Positions 58,610-64,000 of a stretch of 64,000 nucleotides of DNA are shown here, piece by piece. Origin of the DNA: Eledone cirrhosa (taxonomy: Eukaryota); NCBI GenBank assembly GCA_964016885.1, contig OZ024748.1:24490001-24554000 (forward strand), written 5' to 3'. The notes beneath the pieces were generated by a model. That model ran no database searches, was not told the DNA's origin, and saw nothing but the letters and a program-made list of their open reading frames with translations. The position numbers and the translations under genes were made by a program. How positions within the stretch are numbered: the first letter of the stretch is position 1; every line of letters starts with the position of its first letter.

Positions 58610-58652
58610 GTCAAAGTTCTTTCGTCACACATTCTGTGACCTCTTCAGTGAC
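58610..58652 (-). ncRNA. Minimal type I hammerhead ribozyme motif
   Basis: Minus strand reads GUCA CUGAAGA G GUCACA GAAUG UGUGAC GAAA GAACU U UGAC. It has the CUGANGA and GAAA core, a perfect 6-bp stem II, a 4-bp stem I (GUCA/UGAC) and a minimal stem III with a CUU triplet. Confidence 0.8.
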
Positions 58653-58851
58653 TGGGGATTCTTTTCTTTGTTTTTGTGCCTCTCCTTTGTTCTGTCCTAC
58701 GCCATCTTGTTTTTTTGTGTATTGTGTGCTTAGTTTGCGCATGTGTTACATCCGGGTGTCTGTGTGTGTTTATATTTGTTTATTTATTTGTTTATTTACA
58801 TGTTACTGGTTGGTTGTTTGTTCTATGTGTGTGTGTGTTTTCATTTTGTCC

Positions 58852-60522
58852 TTAATTGTAAGTTGTGATGTTGCTATTCCATTTATGTTTTCTATTTAAT
58901 TTTGGTTGGTGTTCATTTATGTTTATTGCCTCTGTGATTTGTCTAAACATTGCGTCTTTTCTGTGTGTAGATTCTATTTTTATTTCTATGTTCTCTAATT
59001 TACCCTTATGTTCTATTTTAGCATGTTGGTGGAGTACAGATGATTCTTTTCTATCTTGAAGCTCTCGCCAGTGTTCATTTATCCGTTCTCCTATACTACG
59101 AGCTGTCTCACCTATGTACATTATATTCTTATCTCTACATTGTCCTTCAGTAAATCTTATGCTATATACTACATTTCTAGTTTTACAGTTAACATGGTGG
59201 CTTAGTTTACAGATTATACATTTCTTATCTATACAGGGAGGTCTTTGAAAAGGGTATGTATTGCTAATAAGTGTTTTTATGAAGGTATATCTTAATATTG
59301 AGTTTATGTTTATCTACGGCCCTTCTAAATGTGTAAGCTAATTCACCTCTAGGGGTTGTATTGATGAACATTACACTCTGGTATTTATTGCTATCATACC
59401 ATGAGTTTATTCTATTAAACTTATTCCTAGTTTTTTCTATTCTATTCCAACATTTGCTCCTATACAAGGGGCAGGTCCCATTTGTATCATTATTTACCAT
59501 TTTTTCCCATTTGGTTCTGGCTCCTCTATATACTCTGATTTTATCTCTCTGATTGTAACCAGAGAACTGCATACTGTGGATGAAGTGTTGTATGTGTCTC
59601 TCTAGTTCTTTGGGGTTGCACATGCGGGACACGTTTCTCCTCACCCATACCAAATCCGCAATCAGTAAGTTGATTTTGGTGTGGTCCGAAACAGCTGAGT
59701 TTCGGTGGATCAGATATTTGGAAGTCATGGGTTTGGCATAATGGGAATGGAGGATTTGTTTTTTTGTTATTAATGGTTTTGTTATTAATGGTTTCTAACT
59801 AGTACAGGTAATCGATGGTTGGGGTGTTTGCTTGGGTAGTCTATAGTAACTCTAATACTTTGGTGGATGGAGTTAGCTATTTGCTGGATGCTTTCCATGG
59901 TGTTTTTCTCTAATTCCTGACTGTTCTCTAGTGGGGGTGTTTTTACTACGATATTTATATCATCAACGTAGCGGGAGTACATTATCAGGGTTAAGAGGTT
60001 GCTGTCTTCTAATTGTTCTTTAAGTTTAAGTTTAAGTCTATTGTCCCACCATACCATTAATAGGTTAGCTATGTCACCTGCAATGCTAACACCAATGGCT
60101 GCTCCCTCCTCTTGGGCATATGTTTTTCCATTAAATTTGAACATATGTTCCTTAAAGGTTAATTTTATACTGGCCCCCACCGCATGTGCAATCATTTTCT
60201 TTAGTTCATCGTAGTTTTCGGGGGTCCGTATGGCTCTGGTCCACCCGTTCCATCTATCTGTGTGGGTTTTCTTGACCATTGAGGTAATGGTAGGTGGTCT
60301 GCCTCTTGCTGGTCTTGTAGGGCATAGGTTGCTAAGGCCATATGTATCTAGATAATCATTACTACAGGTAAGTTTAAGTAGGAGTCACAGCTCACTGGTA
60401 TCAATCCCACGGAATTCAACATTTCTCTCACTGATAATTTATACGCATTTCTCCACAGCAAAATCCACGTCAATAGATGGATACAGGGACACAACATCCA
60501 TACTATCTATTATACAGTTTGT
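58852..60522 (-). pseudogene. Disrupted Penelope-like RT/GIY-YIG endonuclease polyprotein
   Basis: Manual translation plus the ORF track gives CIIDSMDVVSLYPSI (motif A), YAQEEGAAIG...ANLLMVWWD (B'), YSRYVDD (C), DYPSKHPNHRLPVL, the thumb HYAKPMTS, the linker CIDKKCIIC...C, NVVY...YIGETARSIGERINEH and RQITEAINI...LNRK. In-frame stops lie at 60441 (TAA) and 60387 (TGA); frameshifts lie near 59790 (15-bp tandem duplication) and 59290. Confidence 0.92.
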
Positions 60523-60537
60523 TATATATATATATAT

Positions 60538-60775
60538 GGTAAACAGAAATAACAATAATAACAAAACAAAAGGCACAGTACATGGAAGAAATATATTAGT
60601 TTAACGCTTGAAATAGCAGGAAGATATTCTTAACGTTTCGGATACTAGTCGTTCATCAGAAGATAGAGTTAGATATAGAAGATAAATAGAAAGTAAAGAG
60701 TGAGGGGAGGAAGAAATAGGGAAAATGTGGAAAAAAATTGGAGAGAAAAAAAACACGTGTATCCAGTTGGATAAA
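60538..60775 (-). mobile_element. Short non-coding hammerhead-bearing element (solo pLTR-like) between (TA)n tracts
   Basis: ~240-bp non-microsatellite island bounded by TA tracts. It contains a hammerhead core and a pyrimidine-rich segment on the minus strand. Confidence 0.5.
60625..60665 (-). ncRNA. Minimal type I hammerhead motif with degenerate stem II
   Basis: Minus strand reads UAUCUU CUGAUGA ACGACUAGUAUCC GAAACGU U AAGAAUA. The core is intact, stem III is the palindrome ACGU, stem I is UAUCUU/AAGA(A)UA, and stem II pairs poorly. Confidence 0.6.
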
Positions 60776-60864
60776 TATATATATGTATATATATATATGT
60801 GTGTGTGTGTGTACGTCTGCGCGTGTGTATATACATATACACATATATATATACATATATATAT

Positions 60865-60941
60865 ACGCACACACACATATTTATACATATATATCTATTC
60901 ATACATATACACACACATATATATATATGTGTGTGGATGTA

Positions 60942-60993
<52 letters not shown>

Positions 60994-61264
60994 TATTTAT
61001 ACATATATATCTATTCATACATACATATACACACACCCACACACACATATATATATGTGTGTGGATGTATGTGTGTGTGTGTGTATATATATATATACAT
61101 ACATGCATATATATATATTAAACAGTGTAAGAAAGGTTAACTCATTCTTGGCTAATCATCAGATCTAGCTCTACAACGTGAAGAGAGAGAGAGAAGGAGT
61201 GAGCGAGAGAGACAGAGAAAGAGAGTGAGAGAGAAAGAGAGAGAGAGAGAGAGATTTTTTGAAA
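60865..61264 (-). repeat. Right arm of long inverted repeat
   Basis: 61118-61183 is the exact reverse complement of 57657-57722. It is followed by (GA)n and GATTTTTTGAAA. The compound microsatellite module is present twice (~60865-60980 and ~60983-61100). Confidence 0.85.
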
Positions 61265-61269
61265 AAAAA

Positions 61270-61348
61270 AATATATATATATATATATATATGGATATAT
61301 ATGTATATATGTATACATATATATATATATATATAAATATGTGTGTAC

Positions 61349-61390
<42 letters not shown>

Positions 61391-61530
61391 ATATATATGT
61401 ATATATGTATGTATATGTATATATATATACAGTACATACATATATATATGTATATATATATATATATATATACATATATATATGTGTGTGCGTGTGTGCG
61501 TGTGTGTATGTGTATGTGTGAGTGTGTATA
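61270..61530. repeat. Compound (TA)n/(TG)n microsatellite
   Basis: Directly visible. Confidence 0.95.
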
Positions 61531-61638
61531 AAATAAGGGAAAACGATGAAATTTCGTTTATATATATTTATCATCGATCTGCCCGTCAAACTGGTGATTC
61601 AATACAAAAATAAAGTGTTTGTGGTGATTGGTAAAATT

Positions 61639-61706
<68 letters not shown>
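61639..61706. repeat. (TG)n(TA)n microsatellite
   Basis: Directly visible. Confidence 0.95.
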
Positions 61707-61709
<3 letters not shown>

Positions 61710-62000
61710 TAATATATAAGATCAAAAGATGGTTAAAGGAGTTCCATGTATTTTATTATGCGCATTTCAAAAACAAACATCATCATGCAATAATATTTGT
61801 GTTTTCATCAGATAAAACAGGAGGACATGATATGAAGGCTAAAAAACACTTGTGGATAGTGCAGTTTTAAATCAACATATGAAAAGTAATTTTAGATTGA
61901 TGTGTGATATTGAGAAAATTATTTTATTTAGAGAGGGGGGGTGGAAAGGATGAAATATATATAATGTGTATATATATATATATATATATATGGGGGGGGG

Positions 62001-63134
62001 CAATACCTAGCTGCACGAGGGGCAAATCCCCTGGTTAAGATGGTCTTTTCCTACGAGCTTTACACAAACATGCCAGACTTGTCCGGCGACATCCTAGAGG
62101 ACCTCTACGCCAACTGGCTACTGAGAAAGGACCCAAAGAAGGAAGTCCATATAGACAATTTCAGGCACATAACTCGCAGAGTTTAAAATTTTGGCCAAGG
62201 TGTTAGTGACGAAATTGGTGCTTGTCATCGGTAGTCTGGTGGGGGATGCGCATACATGCGTACAGATCCATTCACGACAACCTTCACCTCATGCGATACA
62301 TCATAGAGAGGGTGGCTAAGGAACCTGGCAAGGGTGGGGCCCTGATCAATTTAGATCAATCAAAGGCTTTCGATACGTCGACCGCCACTACCTTTCGACC
62401 ATCCTCAAAGCAGCCAGCTTTGAAGCCGTTTTCAAGGACCGAATCGCTGAAATGCACAGCGACATCTGCTCTGTGGTTAGAGTGAACGGTCACCTTTCGG
62501 AACCCTTCAACATCATGCGCTCGGTCTACCAAAGTTTTCCCCTCTCGTTCCATTTGTATGTATTGACTCTTGAGCCATTACTACACAAAATGGAATCCCA
62601 CGCGAACCAGGATGTGAGAGATCCGTGTCGGCATATGCCGATGACGTCACCATAGTGTTGTAGGGCTCCAAACACATTAAGATGATCGGCACCAGTCTTA
62701 GGGAGTATGAAGCGGTAACAGGAGCACAAGTCAGCCAAGAAAAGTTGGTGGGCCTGCAGCTCGGCACCTGGAGAGGCATGTCCATGCCGTCCAACAGTGT
62801 CGTCGGTCGCTGGACGGACGGATCGGTTAAATTACTCGGGGTCTGGTTTGGACCAGACCTCCAGATGGACAAAAAGTAGGAGGAGGAAACGAACAAGGTA
62901 GCCTCTCTCACCCAGAAATGGGCCGAGAGGAAGCTATCGTTGAAAGGTCGGGCAGAGGTGGTGAACACGTACATCACGTCCGTTATCTACTACCGCCTGG
63001 GCCGTTGTACCTTGTCCTAGCCCACGTCTAACCTCACTGGAATGTCTACTCTTTCGCTTTTTATGGAGGGGTCAGGTTCCATTGGCCAGGCAGTCTATCT
63101 GCTGTCAACGCCCGCTACGTGGAGGATTGGGTAT
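62001..63134 (+). mobile_element. Degenerate L1/Tx1-like LINE reverse transcriptase fragment
   Basis: Across frameshifts: GKSPG*DG, FKILAKVL, RSIHDNLHLMRYII, LINLDQSKAFD, VRVNGHLSEPFNIMRSV, LYVLTLEPLL, SAYADDVTI, KLLGVWFG, KLSLKGRAEVVN, RPLRGGLGM. It has many stops and indels and is truncated at microsatellites on both sides. Confidence 0.9.
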
Positions 63135-63400
63135 GTATGTATATGTGTATGTATGTGTGTTTATGTATGTATATATGTGTATGTGCGTATGTATGTATGT
63201 ATCTGTGTATGTTTGTATGCATTTATATATTTATGCATATATGTATGTATATATGTATGCATCTAGTATATATCTCTCTGTATATCTGTATGTATATATG
63301 TATGTATATATTTATGTATGTGTGTATGTATGCATGTGTCTATGTATGTATGTATGTATGTATGTATGTGTGTGTATATATATATATGTAAGTATGCATC

Positions 63401-63432
<32 letters not shown>

Positions 63433-63433
63433 T
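63132..63433. repeat. Degenerate (TATG)n/(TA)n microsatellite
   Basis: Directly visible. Confidence 0.93.
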
Positions 63434-63928
63434 ATTCTTCTGGTTTTATAATTTCACAAAGTTTTACCAATAAAGAGAGAGTCGGTTTCTAACATAGACA
63501 CAAGACTCTCTCATTGGAATTTACACAACATCAATGCATGTGTAGATATGGATGTTATTGTATGTGTGGATGTGGATGTTTTGAGTTGTATGTGTGCATG
63601 TGTATATGCTTTGTATCTGTACATGTGTATATGCAGTTATTAGATGCAACATTTTTGGAATGTTTTACATATTTTTACTGTTCCATTAATGGATTGTACT
63701 TGTAGTTTCCTAACTAGTTGTGTTCTTTCTGTTCCTGTGAAGCCTAGCTTCTCAAGATTTGTATTGAGGCAGTTACTAACATATCCCAGTGCCCCAATAA
63801 TCACAGGCATAAACCTGAATGTGTAATCAGGGTGGAGTATCTGCAGATTTCTCATCAGTTCTGCATAAATATTCTCCTTCTCACTAATCTTTGATATTAT
63901 ATTGGCATCTGCTGGGCAGCTAATTTCC

Positions 63929-63930
<2 letters not shown>
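63434..63930 (-). mobile_element. 3' end of an RLE-type non-LTR retrotransposon (R4/Dong-like): ORF C-terminus + 3' UTR
   Basis: ORF 63640-63930 EISCPAD...EKENIYAEL...FMPVIIGALG resembles the distal restriction-like endonuclease region of R2/R4/NeSL elements. A ~200-bp UTR with a 9-bp stem follows and ends in (TACA)n. Confidence 0.75.
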
Positions 63931-63959
<29 letters not shown>

Positions 63960-64000
63960 TGTATGTATGTATGTATGTATGTATGTATGTATGTATGTAT
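63930..64000. repeat. Perfect (TATG)n microsatellite, runs off the window
   Basis: Directly visible. Confidence 0.98.

Larger units (their letters stand above)
58510..60522 (-). mobile_element. 5'-truncated Penelope-like retroelement (probably Naiad-type) with 3' UTR/pseudo-LTR
   Basis: RT + thumb + Cys linker + GIY-YIG on the minus strand, then an A/C-rich UTR, a hammerhead motif, hairpins and AATAAA (58514-58519). The 5' end abuts (TA)n at 60523. The 3' boundary is approximate. Confidence 0.88.

Noticed and set aside
60385-60387. In-frame TGA in the PLE as selenocysteine (reported for some Naiad elements)
   Set aside because: It is not in a Cys-motif context (EL*LLL, plausibly GGA>TGA). 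The linker cysteines are TGT, and the copy also has a TAA stop and frameshifts.

Overview
Eukaryotic, gene-free, repeat-dominated window; the SINE and repeat make-up is reminiscent of an octopus/cephalopod genome, though this is from recall and unverified. Bases 1-~56095 are one head-to-tail satellite of a 39-bp monomer (consensus AACTATCTACAATACTTGACTTGATCCTTGTTGTCAGTC, ~1440 copies). It has nested higher-order duplications (~0.7, 0.9, 1.9, 2.1, 2.5-2.9, ~5 and ~15-18 kb) and two variant domains. The giant 'ILVVSQLSTILDL' ORFs are a by-product of the 39-bp period. The 8-kb flank is a microsatellite-rich cluster of degraded retroelements: a SINE fragment, an RTE-like 3' end, a Penelope-like element (RT with a long insert between motifs A and B', Cys linker, GIY-YIG), an L1/Tx1-like RT and an R4/Dong-like 3' end. 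The most notable signals are two minus-strand minimal type I hammerhead ribozyme motifs (58610-58652 and 60625-60665), plus a degenerate third one. They lie around the Penelope-like element, inside a ~3.7-kb inverted-repeat-bounded block with a 66-bp identical core. No intact protein-coding gene is supported.
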